The position numbers were made by a program, and so were the translations under genes. Positions 52,947 through 63,357 of a stretch of DNA of 64,000 bases are shown in pieces (position 1 is the stretch's first letter; every line of letters starts with the position of its first letter). The DNA lies in contig JBFLVJ010000006.1 in assembly GCA_040758595.1 (NCBI GenBank), positions 15,093 to 79,092 on the forward strand. Reading direction: 5' to 3'. The notes under the pieces were generated by a model that had not been told where the DNA came from, ran no database searches, and saw nothing but the letters and a program-made list of their open reading frames with translations. Source of the DNA: Candidatus Micrarchaeota archaeon (GTDB taxonomy: Archaea; Micrarchaeota; Micrarchaeia; Anstonellales; Bilamarchaeaceae).

Positions 52947-54205
52947 ATCATCAGCCTCTTGAGATCTTCGAAGAATCCCGGATAGGATTTCGAGACGCAA
53001 CCGACATCGTCTATCTCCACCCCTCTCTCGGAGCGGAGGGCGGCCACGGCGCATGCCATGGCTATCCTGTGATCATTGTGCGAACCCACATTCCCGCCTT
53101 TGAGCTTTCTGCCGGTAACCAGCATCCGGTCCCCGTCTATACTGATGTCAGCGCCCATCCTGCCAAGTTCGCTCCTGAGAGCCTCGGCACGGTCGCTCTC
53201 CTTGTGCCTCAGCCTCCCGACTCCACGTATGACGGAAGTGCCTTCGCAGCTGCAGGCGAGCGCGGCCAGCGGCGGGAAGAGGTCCGGCGAGCCGGTCGCA
53301 TCGTATTCGAATGCATCGAGCGCCCCTCTCTTCACCATCACTTCTCCTCCGCCTTCAGAAACATGCGCTCCAGCCTCTTCCAGCACTTTTTTTATCGCTT
53401 CATCGGGCTGTCTGCCCGGGCCGAGGTTCCTCAAGCTCACATCGCCTGCTATCGCGCCTGCGACCAGCATGAATGCTGAGCCGGACCAGTCGCCTTCCAC
53501 ATTGAAGGTGCACGACTTGTAATCCTGGCCGCCGCGGATGATATATGCCATCGCATCGTCCGCACCGCCTTCATCACCGCTCCTCTCGCTTTTTGCTTTC
53601 ACGTCTATCTTGAACCTCTCGAGGATCAAGAGCGTCATGTCGACATATGCGCGGCTCTTGAGGTTCAGGGTCTTGAGTTCCGAGTCCTCCCTGCAGATCG
53701 GGAGCGCCATCAGCAGCCCGCTTATGGACTGCGAGCTTTCCGAGCCGTCAACATCGATAGCCCCTCCGTGGATCGGCCCTCTCACTTTTACCGGGGGCAG
53801 CCCATCGCCGGTGCTCACCTTCGCTCCGAGCGCTTTAAGCGGAGACTCTATCATGCCCACGGGCCTTTTCATCAGAGAGCCCCTGCCGGTTATGCTATAC
53901 TCCCTATCCTGAAGAGCGGCCACGGCCGCTATCATCCGCATGCAGGTGCCGGACTCGCCGCAGTCCAAGACATCCCCGTTGGGCTGGCATCTGCCCAGGA
54001 CCCGCACGCCCCTCTCCTCACGGGCTATCTGCGCCCCGAGGGTGTCAACAACGGACATGGTCGCGAGCGCGTCATCGCAGAAGCTGGGATTGGTTATCAG
54101 CGTCTCCCCGTCCGCCAGGCCTGCGGCTATCAAAGCCCTCTGCATCATGCTTTTCGATGGAGGCGCGTCTATCGCGCCTGATATCCGCGACGGCTCAATC
54201 CTCAT
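52943..54205 (-). CDS. aroA: EPSP synthase
   Basis: PPSKS, GESGT, SSQ, KESDR, DHRIAM, KSYPGF. Confidence 0.96.
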   Translation of the reverse strand: MRIEPSRISGAIDAPPSKSMMQRALIAAGLADGETLITNPSFCDDALATMSVVDTLGAQIAREERGVRVLGRCQPNGDVLDCGESGTCMRMIAAVAALQDREYSITGRGSLMKRPVGMIESPLKALGAKVSTGDGLPPVKVRGPIHGGAIDVDGSESSQSISGLLMALPICREDSELKTLNLKSRAYVDMTLLILERFKIDVKAKSERSGDEGGADDAMAYIIRGGQDYKSCTFNVEGDWSGSAFMLVAGAIAGDVSLRNLGPGRQPDEAIKKVLEEAGAHVSEGGGEVMVKRGALDAFEYDATGSPDLFPPLAALACSCEGTSVIRGVGRLRHKESDRAEALRSELGRMGADISIDGDRMLVTGRKLKGGNVGSHNDHRIAMACAVAALRSERGVEIDDVGCVSKSYPGFFEDLKRLMI

Positions 54206-55481
54206 AGAGTATCCTCTCCGCTATCTGCGATGGCCTCTTGCCGACCGTGTCCACGACCATGTCGCATGCCTCTGCATAATATCCGAGCCTGTCGGAAAGC
54301 AGGCGTCCCACCGCCTTCTCCGGCTCAGCCACATCAAGCAGGGGCCTCTCCCCGTCCTTCGGCACCCGCTCGATGACGGTCTTGGCATCGGCCCACAGCC
54401 ACACAACGGCCGCTTTGTCCCTTAGCATCCTGCGGTTTCCGGCATCCAGCACCGCGCCCCCTCCGCAGTTGATTACGCATCTCTCGCATCCGGCCACGGA
54501 AGCGAGCGCTCCCCTCTCCATTTTCCTGAACCCTTCCTCGCCCTCGCTCTTGAATATATCCTTTATCGCCATGCCTGCCTTTCTCTCTATCTCTTTGTCT
54601 ATGTCCAGGATGGCCATGCCGGTCTTCTCATGGAGCTCTGCAGCTATCGTATCCTTTCCGCTTCCCATGAAACCGATTAGCGCTATGTTGCTTTTCTTGG
54701 GCGCGTCTGCGGCGTACGCAGCCTGCCTCATCGCATCCACCGGCGCGTCCTTCCCCGTGAAAATCTCGAACGCCTTCACGCCCTGGTATAGCAGCCATTC
54801 CCGGCCATCCAGCACCCGGCATCCGGCCTCCCGGGCATCCCGGACAAGTGCGCTCTCTGAAGCATAATGCGCATCCATGACCGCCATGTCCTTCCTGAGG
54901 AGTCCCTCAGGCAGCACCCTCTCGCCGGTGCTCAGGCATCCGACCACCAGCTCGCAGTCCGCTATCGCATCATTCAACCCGTCCAGCGCGCAAGATCCCG
55001 CTCCAAACCCATTCGCGAGCGACTCCGCCTTCCCGGCCGTCCGGTTCGAGACGACCACGTCAGCCCCGTTCTCGAGCATCGCAACGATGGCGGCCCGGGC
55101 CGCCCCTCCAGCCCCAAGGACCAGCGCCTTCTTGCCCTCGAGCGCGATGCCGTTCGACAGGAACGCATGCGCCGCTCCATAAACATCGGTATTGTGTCCG
55201 GCTTTCCGCCCGTCTTTGAGCCGGACGGTATTGATCGCCCCCACCCTCTTGGCGAGAGGATCCACATCATCCATCAATCGGGCAATGCCCTTGAAAGGCG
55301 ATGTCACGTTCATCCCCAGGACGCCCATCTCGCCTGCCATCCTGAGCCCTTCTTCGGCGCTCTCAGCCGCTATCCTGAAGTATCTCGCATCGATTTTGAG
55401 CTCTGCGAACGCTGCGTTGTGCATCTGCGGGCTGCGGCTGTGCAGCACCGGTTTGCCAATGACAGCGTAGAGCTCAGTCAT
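54195..55481 (-). CDS. aroE: Shikimate dehydrogenase-shikimate kinase fusion (AroE-AroK)
   Basis: HSRSP, NVTSPFK, NTD, GAGGAA, then GFMGSGK, FRKME, GGG, RPLL. Confidence 0.93.
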   Translation of the reverse strand: MTELYAVIGKPVLHSRSPQMHNAAFAELKIDARYFRIAAESAEEGLRMAGEMGVLGMNVTSPFKGIARLMDDVDPLAKRVGAINTVRLKDGRKAGHNTDVYGAAHAFLSNGIALEGKKALVLGAGGAARAAIVAMLENGADVVVSNRTAGKAESLANGFGAGSCALDGLNDAIADCELVVGCLSTGERVLPEGLLRKDMAVMDAHYASESALVRDAREAGCRVLDGREWLLYQGVKAFEIFTGKDAPVDAMRQAAYAADAPKKSNIALIGFMGSGKDTIAAELHEKTGMAILDIDKEIERKAGMAIKDIFKSEGEEGFRKMERGALASVAGCERCVINCGGGAVLDAGNRRMLRDKAAVVWLWADAKTVIERVPKDGERPLLDVAEPEKAVGRLLSDRLGYYAEACDMVVDTVGKRPSQIAERILYED

Positions 55482-56142
55482 CTCCACTGCCTCCAACCGC
55501 TTTCCGCAGCGCTCCGAGCGCCCGTGCGACCGTCTCCTTGTCCAGCTGGCCCTCCGCGGTCTCTTTCCCCTCCCCGGAAGAGGCGAACGTGAATTCGCTT
55601 CCTAGGAGCGGAGCTAGGATGCGCGTGATCCTGCCTTCGGGTCCCATCCCGACGACAATCAGCCTCTTGTCAGAGTCCAGGAGCCCCAGCAGCCGCGCGT
55701 TCTCTTTATCAGACTTAACCATGCAGGCTATCTTGGCCATATCAGCCCCGCAATCGAAGCACCAGGCTATCATCTGCCTGAGCTCCTCAGCGCTTGGCGT
55801 CCTCTGATGATCGTGATATGATATGATGATCTCGCATCCCTTCTCCTTCGCTTTCTTCACAAGCGCCTCTTTGTAACCGTCTTTCGCTTCGACCTCGATA
55901 TCGACATAAGCGGCTCCGGCGTCTATCGCGGAAGAGAGCAGCTCCAGCCTTCGCGCATCCGCCATCTTCCCCGGCCTGCAGGTCGCGACCACCTTCTTTC
56001 CGGAGCTGATGAGCTTCCTCACATTGTCAGGCGTCAGCTCTTTCTCATCGAGCAGGTCCAGCCTTATCTCTGCCAGCTCCGTCCCTCCGAGCGCTTTCAT
56101 GCATCCGAAGACCGTCTTCTCTCCGACGCTAATACATATCAT
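55474..56142 (-). CDS. aroD: Type I 3-dehydroquinate dehydratase
   Basis: EIRLD, TCR, SYHD, AKIA, MG..GRITR, TAEGQ. Confidence 0.93.
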   Translation of the reverse strand: MICISVGEKTVFGCMKALGGTELAEIRLDLLDEKELTPDNVRKLISSGKKVVATCRPGKMADARRLELLSSAIDAGAAYVDIEVEAKDGYKEALVKKAKEKGCEIIISYHDHQRTPSAEELRQMIAWCFDCGADMAKIACMVKSDKENARLLGLLDSDKRLIVVGMGPEGRITRILAPLLGSEFTFASSGEGKETAEGQLDKETVARALGALRKAVGGSGDD

Positions 56143-57172
56143 CTATCGCACCCTCCAAATCAGATATCCTCACATCCGCGATCCTGGCCCTGCCTATGCC
56201 ATCCAGCACCGGCATCCTGATGTTCCCTTCCCTGCGTTTCTTGTCTTTCCTGATGCCATCCAGGAGCGCCTCTCTCCCGCTCTGCAGCTTCACCGGCAAT
56301 CCCAATGACACGAGAAGCCCCTCCAGCCGCATCGCATCCTTCTTAGCCATCAGGCCCTTCTCGACCGATATCCTCGCTTCAGCGACCATGCCGATGCTCA
56401 CCGCCTCGCCGTGCCTGAGCCCTCCCTGCAGCTCGATGGCATGGCCGATGGTGTGGCCGAAGTTAAGCTTCATCCTCTCCCCGCTCTCGTTTTCATCCGC
56501 CTGCACTATGCGTGCCTTGACCGCGACGGAATCCTGCACCACGTGTGCCATCACCCGTTCATCAGCACCCGCAGCATCGGCGGCGCAGGCCGCGAGCGCA
56601 TCAGCGTTCCTTTCCAGATGATCGAAAGCTTTCGCATCCTCGATGGCGGCATGCTTCACAACTTCAGCGTATCCGTTCCTCATCTCTTCTTCGCTGAGGG
56701 TCTTGAGCAGTCCCACATCGCAGAGCACGAAGCGCGGTTGCCGGATGGTACCTATGATGTTCTTGTATCCATTGTAGTTGACGCCGTTCTTGCCGCCGAT
56801 AGCGGCATCCACCTGGGCGAGGAGCGTGGTGGGCACGAAACCGAGGTCCATGCCGCGATGATAGGTGGCCGCCGCATATCCTGCGACGTCGCAGACCAGC
56901 CCGCCGCCTATGCCGACGACGAGCGATGAGCGGTCCAGCTCCACCTCGAGCATCCTGTCATATATTGTCCTGACGGTATCGAGCGTCTTGTTCTCCTCGC
57001 CCGGTCTTACCTCGACCACTTCGGCATCAGGGAATCGCTTCCCATAAATCCCGCTCACGTTGCTGTCTGTGACTATCAGCGTCCTCCCGGGCTTGACCAT
57101 CCCGGCCAGATCCTCAAGCTCCCCGCTGGAGATTTCGCAATCGCCGCTCTTCCCGCTGATGCGCAGCTTCAT
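56129..57172 (-). CDS. aroB: 3-dehydroquinate synthase
   Basis: [45 protein letters not shown]. Confidence 0.96.
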   Translation of the reverse strand: MKLRISGKSGDCEISSGELEDLAGMVKPGRTLIVTDSNVSGIYGKRFPDAEVVEVRPGEENKTLDTVRTIYDRMLEVELDRSSLVVGIGGGLVCDVAGYAAATYHRGMDLGFVPTTLLAQVDAAIGGKNGVNYNGYKNIIGTIRQPRFVLCDVGLLKTLSEEEMRNGYAEVVKHAAIEDAKAFDHLERNADALAACAADAAGADERVMAHVVQDSVAVKARIVQADENESGERMKLNFGHTIGHAIELQGGLRHGEAVSIGMVAEARISVEKGLMAKKDAMRLEGLLVSLGLPVKLQSGREALLDGIRKDKKRREGNIRMPVLDGIGRARIADVRISDLEGAIDDMY

Positions 57173-57987
57173 CGAAGGCCCTCCTTCTCCATGCATCTCT
57201 GGAGCGTCCTCACGCTCTTCATCAGCTCCTCGAACATGGGCGGCGTCAACGCCTGCTCCTTGTCGCTCAATGCCTCTGCCGGGTTCCTATGGACCTCGAC
57301 TATCATGCCGTCCGCTCCTGCCGCAATCGATGCCAGGCTCGCAGAAGGTATCAGGCTGAGCTTGCCCGTCGCATGCGTCGGGTCTGTTATTATCGGCAGG
57401 TGCGTCAGTTCCCTGACAGCAGGCACCGCGCTGATGTCCAGGGTGTTCCTGGTGTATTTCTCGAATGTCCTGATGCCTCTTTCGCAGAGTATGATATCCG
57501 GGTTGCCTTCGTTGAGGATGTACTCCGCGCAATTCAGCCACTCCTCTATGGTGGAGTGCATCCCCCTCTTGAGCAGCACCGGCTTGTTGGACTTGCCCAC
57601 CTCCTTGAGTAGCGAGAAGTTCTGCATGTTCCTCGCGCCTATCTGCAGGACGTCGGCGTATTCGCACACCCAGGAGACGTCGCGGGGGTCGATGACCTCT
57701 GTCACCACCGGCAGGCCGGTCCGGTCCCTGGCCTTGGCGAGTATCTTGAGCCCTTTGAGCCCCAGACCCTGGAAGGCGTAAGGTGAGGTCCTGGGCTTGA
57801 AGGCGCCGCCGCGCAGCATGTCCGCGCCCGCTTTCTTGACAGCTATCGCCGTCTCCACGGTCTGCTCTTCGCTCTCCACTCCGCAGGGACCGGCTATCAC
57901 CGTGAATCCCTGCCCTACCTTGACATCGCCTACCCGGACGACGGTCCGTTTACTGCCATTAAGGGCAGCCAGTTTCAGGTCCTTCAT
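57169..57987 (-). CDS. aroF: DAHP synthase type I-beta, without regulatory domain
   Basis: [34 protein letters not shown]. Confidence 0.96.
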   Translation of the reverse strand: MKDLKLAALNGSKRTVVRVGDVKVGQGFTVIAGPCGVESEEQTVETAIAVKKAGADMLRGGAFKPRTSPYAFQGLGLKGLKILAKARDRTGLPVVTEVIDPRDVSWVCEYADVLQIGARNMQNFSLLKEVGKSNKPVLLKRGMHSTIEEWLNCAEYILNEGNPDIILCERGIRTFEKYTRNTLDISAVPAVRELTHLPIITDPTHATGKLSLIPSASLASIAAGADGMIVEVHRNPAEALSDKEQALTPPMFEELMKSVRTLQRCMEKEGLR

Positions 57988-58297
57988 CTATACCACCTTC
58001 CATCAATACCTCTAAATGTCATACGCACATCAGAAAACCGACAGGGGAAAAAAGCTTTGCGGTCTTCTAATGGCCATAGCTAAAGCTGAAGAACGGGAAC
58101 GAATAGGCGAATCTCTGTCCTTCAGTCGCGGCCATATTAACCACAAATTTCCATCTGTACTCATAATATTAGGACGGTAATCTTTAAAAATAAGTGCTGT
58201 CCCGGCGTGCCGGGCGCCAATGCCCGGTCTGCAGGCTAATTGTTGTAAATAGTGTAAAAAGATAGGTTTATAAACAGTTTCCGGCAAATATCCCTGT

Positions 58298-58690
58298 ATG
58301 ACCAGGACGATTCATGGGCCTAAAAGGCCTGAGAAAAAAGGAGCGCCTGCTGCCGAGATGTTGGCGGGCAAATGCCTCGCCGATACCCATGCCAGCGCAG
58401 AATGCACTATCGGCGCATACGTCATTTTCCTTAAAGACTCGCGTGCACGCAGCAGGCACTATATCGATCCCCTTTTCCGCCTGCCGAAGCCCCCCGAGCT
58501 GGTTCCGGTCCCCAAAGGACAGGTGCTCGAAGCCATAGAAAAATGCGATACGGGCGATTCTGGCAACATGTTCCTTCTGCGGGCAATCGCCGACATGTCG
58601 CAGGACCGGGACATCCAGACGGCGGCGCAGAAAGCGATACTCTTGAGGATGGGCCAGGCGATGGTGGGGATACCTCCTCGCCAGGACTGA
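58298..58690 (+). CDS. Hypothetical protein
   Basis: 130-aa ORF with TTTATAAA box about 25-30 nt upstream; no family recognised. Confidence 0.55.
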   Translation: MTRTIHGPKRPEKKGAPAAEMLAGKCLADTHASAECTIGAYVIFLKDSRARSRHYIDPLFRLPKPPELVPVPKGQVLEAIEKCDTGDSGNMFLLRAIADMSQDRDIQTAAQKAILLRMGQAMVGIPPRQD

Positions 58691-58697
58691 TGCCCGT

Positions 58698-58958
58698 CTA
58701 TCCTATCCTTATGTCCGGCTCCACCTTGCGCCAGTCGCCGTTCATGAACTGCCAGAGCGTCTTTATGGTGGAATCATAGACGAGATTGGTCTTGGTCGCC
58801 ACTTCTTTCGGCCTGTCTATCTCTATCAGCACGAACCTGCGCATCCAATCTATCTCGTCCCTGAACGGGTTCCTCTCGATGACGTATATCCTGTTGCGCT
58901 CCTTCTTGATTTTCTCGCACCAGGCGATTACCTTCTTTATCTCTTCCTTTGTGACCAT
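58698..58958 (-). CDS. Small hypothetical protein at the end of the oxidative-stress cluster
   Basis: Natural composition (ERNPF, IDRP, LVYDS); starts 2 nt after the FMN reductase stop with SD-like GGAG. Confidence 0.75.
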   Translation of the reverse strand: MVTKEEIKKVIAWCEKIKKERNRIYVIERNPFRDEIDWMRRFVLIEIDRPKEVATKTNLVYDSTIKTLWQFMNGDWRKVEPDIRIG

Positions 58959-58960
58959 GC

Positions 58961-59482
58961 TCACTCCATCTCCTTGCCGCCAAGTTCATCTAAGAGCCTC
59001 TTGACCCTTCGCGCCCAGGCCTCCTTGCCCTTGATGGAGCCGCTCTCATCGAAAAGCTCCTTGATATTGGAGAAATAGAGCGCCTCGCGCGTCGGCTTCA
59101 TCCTGAATGTTATCGCCACCTGCCGCAATTGCTCCACGCATCTCGCCCCGCCGATGGGCCCGGACGACACCCCGCAGATCCCGAGCGTCTTCCCGTCGAA
59201 CTCATCATAGAGCATGTCGAGCGCCATCTTCAATTCGCCCGGGTATCCATGGTTGTACTCCGGGGTCACTATGATGAGCGCATCCGCCTTCTTCACTTTC
59301 TCGGCGAGCCGTTTCGCAGCCGGTATCGTGCCGGTGTTGTCGGTCGCCTGTATATGGTAATCGCGCACATCTATCAGTTCGCTATCGAATCCATGCTCTT
59401 TCGCCTGCTCGAGAACGAACGCCGCTGCCTTCTCGGACTGCCTCCCTTTCCTGGCGGTCCCAAGTATTATCGGAACGTACAT
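58961..59482 (-). CDS. NADPH-dependent FMN reductase family flavoprotein
   Basis: GTARKGRQS, TPEYNHGYPGELK..LD, GPIGG. Confidence 0.93.
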   Translation of the reverse strand: MYVPIILGTARKGRQSEKAAAFVLEQAKEHGFDSELIDVRDYHIQATDNTGTIPAAKRLAEKVKKADALIIVTPEYNHGYPGELKMALDMLYDEFDGKTLGICGVSSGPIGGARCVEQLRQVAITFRMKPTREALYFSNIKELFDESGSIKGKEAWARRVKRLLDELGGKEME

Positions 59483-59512
59483 GGGAATGACAAGGAAAAG
59501 AAAAGATAAAAA

Positions 59513-60106
59513 TCAGGCCGATGCCTCATCGAACCTGGATTCCGCCTCGGCCCAGTCTATGTTCTTGAAGAACGCGGCGATATAGTCCGCCCTGTTGAGG
59601 CCGTAATCGGTCATGAACGCGTGCTCGAACACATCCATCACCAGGATTGGCGCGCATCCCGAGAGATGGCCCGCATCATGCTCGTTTATCCAGCAGTTGA
59701 ACAATCTCTTTCCTATATGATCGTAATATAGCACCACCCATCCGATGCCCCGCATAGCCCCGCTCGAGCGGAAGTCCTTCTCCCATGCATCATGCGAGCC
59801 GAACGATTCTTTGATTTTTTTTGCGAGCGCAGAGCCCGCACCCGCCATCTTCCCGCCTTTTTTCAGGTTTCCGAAATAGAGTTCGTGCAATCTCATGCCG
59901 TCGAACTCCCAGCCGAACCTCCTTTTGAGTTCCGCGTACTGGGGGTCCTGGGTCTTGCCTTCTTTCGCCATGGAAGAGAGCATGTCCGCCACCTTGTTTG
60001 TGTTCGCGACATATCCCTGATAGAGCTTGAAGTGGTTCTTCAATAGCGTGTCGCTCAATCCTCCAGCCCCAAGCAATCCGTCGAAATTTTTCGCTTCGTA
60101 TGTCAT
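59513..60106 (-). CDS. sod: Fe/Mn superoxide dismutase family protein
   Basis: Metal ligands in NHFKLY, LHELYF and DVFEHAF. Confidence 0.88.
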   Translation of the reverse strand: MTYEAKNFDGLLGAGGLSDTLLKNHFKLYQGYVANTNKVADMLSSMAKEGKTQDPQYAELKRRFGWEFDGMRLHELYFGNLKKGGKMAGAGSALAKKIKESFGSHDAWEKDFRSSGAMRGIGWVVLYYDHIGKRLFNCWINEHDAGHLSGCAPILVMDVFEHAFMTDYGLNRADYIAAFFKNIDWAEAESRFDEASA

Positions 60107-60120
60107 CCTTTCACCTCAAT

Positions 60121-60660
60121 TCAGAGTCTGATGGTCTCAACCCCCGGCTTCCAGCTGGCCGGACAGAGATGCCCGTCGTTCTCCCTCACGAACTTAGCGG
60201 CCTGAAGCTTTCTTAACGTTTCGGTCGAGCTCCTGCCGATGCTGTTGTCGTGCATCTCGATGGATTTCACCACCCCGTCGGGATCGATGATGAACGTGGC
60301 GCGCGTGGAAAGCCCCTCGGCCTCGATGTACGTCCCGAACGCCCTGCACATCCTCCCGCCCGGGTCGGCAGCCATCGCATAGCCGACCTTCTTTATCAGC
60401 GGCGAGTTCTCGTGCCATGCCTTGTGCACGAATGCGGTGTCCGTGCTCACGCTCAGTATCTCCGCGCCGCTTTTCTTGAACTCCCCGTACATGCCGGCCG
60501 CCTCTGTAAGTTCCGTGGGGCACACGAACGTGAAATCCGCAGGGTAGAATAGCATCACCAGCCACTTGCCCTTATAATCGGACAGCCTCGCCTTCTTGAT
60601 TTCGCCCCCGTGGAAGACATCGAATCCCATTTCCGGTACTCTCTGGTTCACACTCAACAT
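60121..60660 (-). CDS. ahpC: 2-Cys peroxiredoxin
   Basis: YPADFTFVCPTE and LCPASW; start ATG 60660. Confidence 0.95.
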   Translation of the reverse strand: MLSVNQRVPEMGFDVFHGGEIKKARLSDYKGKWLVMLFYPADFTFVCPTELTEAAGMYGEFKKSGAEILSVSTDTAFVHKAWHENSPLIKKVGYAMAADPGGRMCRAFGTYIEAEGLSTRATFIIDPDGVVKSIEMHDNSIGRSSTETLRKLQAAKFVRENDGHLCPASWKPGVETIRL

Positions 60661-60721
60661 AGTCTCACTGTATCCTATACTCAGGTTCGTTTTATAAACT
60701 GTTTGGTTCGAAATACGAACC

Positions 60722-61150
60722 ATGGATAAAAGGGACCGGACGATAATCGGGGCGCTCATGGAAGATGCGAGGGCCCCATATTCCTCCATGGCGAGGAGGC
60801 TGGGCATCAGCGAAGCTGCAGTTAGGAAGAGGGTGCGAAACCTTGAAGAAGCAGGCATAATCTCGAAATACACCATCCGCGTGGATCCCGGGGCGCTCGG
60901 CTATGGAGCCATCGCCATCATAGGGATCGACACCGAGCCCGACGCGCTGGTGCGCGTCCAGGAGAAGGTGCGCGCCATTAAGGGCGTGCGCTACACCTCG
61001 CTCTCCTCCGGCGACCACATGCTGCTCTTCGGTGTCTGGTGCAGGGACATGAAAGAGCTCGAATCATTGATAGCGAAGGCCAAATCCCTCCCAGGCGTCA
61101 CCAAGATATGCCCTGCGGTCATGCTCAAGAGCGTGGAGTATTGCGAATAG
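60722..61150 (+). CDS. Lrp/AsnC family transcriptional regulator
   Basis: D..II..L..DAR, LGISEAAVRKRVRNLEEAGII HTH, C-terminal RAM domain. Confidence 0.94.
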   Translation: MDKRDRTIIGALMEDARAPYSSMARRLGISEAAVRKRVRNLEEAGIISKYTIRVDPGALGYGAIAIIGIDTEPDALVRVQEKVRAIKGVRYTSLSSGDHMLLFGVWCRDMKELESLIAKAKSLPGVTKICPAVMLKSVEYCE

Positions 61151-61204
61151 GGATTTTTCATCGTTATATGTGGTTTTTTAAAGCGTTTAGTGCAAAAAAA
61201 CAGT

Positions 61205-62176
61205 ATGAAAAAACTACTTTTCGGCAAAAACTTGGGGGAAACGGGCGGGAAGAGAGAGCAACCGGAAACCAAGAGGCGTCCGGTGCGCACTATCATCGCT
61301 AGCGCGGTCCTTGCGGGCTTCCTCGGCTGCGGCGGAGGCAACAACCACGATTCAGATGCCGGCAACCAGAACGATGCACAAGTGTGCACCACGCCCGGAA
61401 TCGGCAGCGAACACATGGGCCCTTCAGAAGAGAATACCATGCCGGCGCTCGGGATCACCCAGCGGGTCACGATATATCTCACTCCGGTCGACTGCGTCGA
61501 TCACCTCAGCGCTGAAGAGACTGCATTCGTCCCAGTCATATCGAGCGACGACCTGATAAAAGGCAGGCTCGCGATACACAGGAATGCGGTCACGGTGCTG
61601 GGCAATCAGTACGACCTTTTCGTCTACCGGGATTTCGACGGAGCCCGCCTCCAGACTCACGATGTCGATTCCTTCGAAGTGGACAAGATATTCAATATCC
61701 CATCTCCGGAAGGGGACATCGTCTGGCAGGTCCAGGCAATAAACCAGACCACAGAGACCGTGGCCGGCAGGACCGTCACGAAAGCCATCTTCCAGGTCTT
61801 GAACTCGCCGGATCGGACCCCGGAGCAGACTCAGAAAACGGTCTATCTGGTGACCGACCCTGCAGATTACGTGGCCGTCTATGATGCGGTGGCGCCAACC
61901 GGCGCTATGGTAAACTATTTCAGCCTTCCGGCGCGGACCGGCTCGAACGGCATCGAATTCGTCAAGGGCAAGGTGTGGGCCGAGCCCTCCACATCCGCGC
62001 TTTCTGTCGCCGTGGAGACGTCCTCTTTCGATGTCGAGCCATGCGAGAGCGATTGCGGCACCCTTCCATACGGGTCTACCGGCCGTAATGTTACGCTCGA
62101 CGGGATAGGCGTGGTCTATGGAGCGAACGGGATGACCGGATTCACGTTCACGACCGGCTTCTTCCCTCTGGAATGA
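61205..62176 (+). CDS. Hypothetical lipoprotein-like exported protein
   Basis: KRR plus hydrophobic IIASAVLAGFLG-C; acidic, beta-rich body. Confidence 0.75.
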   Translation: MKKLLFGKNLGETGGKREQPETKRRPVRTIIASAVLAGFLGCGGGNNHDSDAGNQNDAQVCTTPGIGSEHMGPSEENTMPALGITQRVTIYLTPVDCVDHLSAEETAFVPVISSDDLIKGRLAIHRNAVTVLGNQYDLFVYRDFDGARLQTHDVDSFEVDKIFNIPSPEGDIVWQVQAINQTTETVAGRTVTKAIFQVLNSPDRTPEQTQKTVYLVTDPADYVAVYDAVAPTGAMVNYFSLPARTGSNGIEFVKGKVWAEPSTSALSVAVETSSFDVEPCESDCGTLPYGSTGRNVTLDGIGVVYGANGMTGFTFTTGFFPLE

Positions 62177-62276
62177 GCCTGCCTATGGAAGGCGTGCAGG
62201 GCTCGGACCGCCGCTATTCTCTTGCCTTTAACCAGGATGCGGCTTGCTGACGTCGGGCTGGCGCCCAACGACGGTT

Positions 62277-63353
62277 CTATCTTTTTATTATCTGTATGAC
62301 GTCGCCGTCGGCCAGCACGTGCTCCAGGCCGACCCTCTGGGGCTGGTGCTTGACGCTCTTGCCCCAGACCAGCGCATACCTGAATTCTTTGGCGAGGTCG
62401 CGGTGGAGCTGCTGGCAGACCTCCTCCACAGAGGTGCCGCTGCGCACGACCAGCGGCTCTTCCAGGTCGGCCTTCTCCCCCCGCCGTTTGGTGAATATGT
62501 GTATGAGGTCGAGTTTTTTGTAGATCTCTCTCTTGAGCTCCTCGATGCCCTTGCCGCTCTCTGCAGAGATAGCTATCTGGCCAGGGGCCAGCTTCGGAAC
62601 GCTCTTGACAAGGTCTGCCTTGGTCAACACGTAAAGGCCTGGGATATACGCCCGGTTGCCTTCAATCACATCGATGAACTCGTCGATATCTATGTTCTCG
62701 TGGATGACCACATTGGCATTGAATATGCCGTACTGGTTCATCGTGGCGAGCACCTCTTTGTCGCTGATATCGGTCAGCTTCACGGTCGAGTTGATGGTGA
62801 CACCGCCGCGCGCCTGCTTCCCTATGGAGACCCTCGGTTTCGACATGTTCAGCCTGATGCCGAATCCGTAGAGCTCTTTCTCTATGACCTTGGCCTGCTC
62901 CGGCCTCGTGGCCTCGACAAGTATGAGTATCAGATCAGCGTTCCTCGCGACAGCGATTATCTCCCTGCCCCTTCCCTTGCCGTCTTTCGCGCCCTCGATG
63001 ATCCCTGGAAGGTCCAATACCTGTATCTTGGTGTCCTTGTATTCCATGATGCCCGGGATGCATGTCAATGTGGTGAACGCGTAAGCCGCGGTCCGCGATT
63101 CCGCGTTGGTGAGCTTGTTCAAGAGGGTGGACTTTCCGACGCTTGGGAGGCCGATCAAAGCGACGGTGGCGTCGCCGCTCTTCTTTATGTCGAACCCGCC
63201 GGCGCTGGCCCCGTGCTTCTTCGGGTGGAGGAGCTGGCGCCGCAGCTGGGCTATCTTGGACTTGAGTATGCCGATATGGAATTCGGTCTTCTTGTTCTTC
63301 TGGGTCCGCCCGAGCTCTTCCTCAAGCTCCTCCAGTTTCTCCTTGATCCCCAT
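62277..63353 (-). CDS. DRG/Rbg-family GTPase with TGS domain
   Basis: TQKNKKTEFH, GLPSVGKS, YAFTT, DLPG, WGKSVKH.PQRVG..HVL.DGD. Confidence 0.96.
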   Translation of the reverse strand: MGIKEKLEELEEELGRTQKNKKTEFHIGILKSKIAQLRRQLLHPKKHGASAGGFDIKKSGDATVALIGLPSVGKSTLLNKLTNAESRTAAYAFTTLTCIPGIMEYKDTKIQVLDLPGIIEGAKDGKGRGREIIAVARNADLILILVEATRPEQAKVIEKELYGFGIRLNMSKPRVSIGKQARGGVTINSTVKLTDISDKEVLATMNQYGIFNANVVIHENIDIDEFIDVIEGNRAYIPGLYVLTKADLVKSVPKLAPGQIAISAESGKGIEELKREIYKKLDLIHIFTKRRGEKADLEEPLVVRSGTSVEEVCQQLHRDLAKEFRYALVWGKSVKHQPQRVGLEHVLADGDVIQIIKR

Positions 63354-63357
63354 CTTT

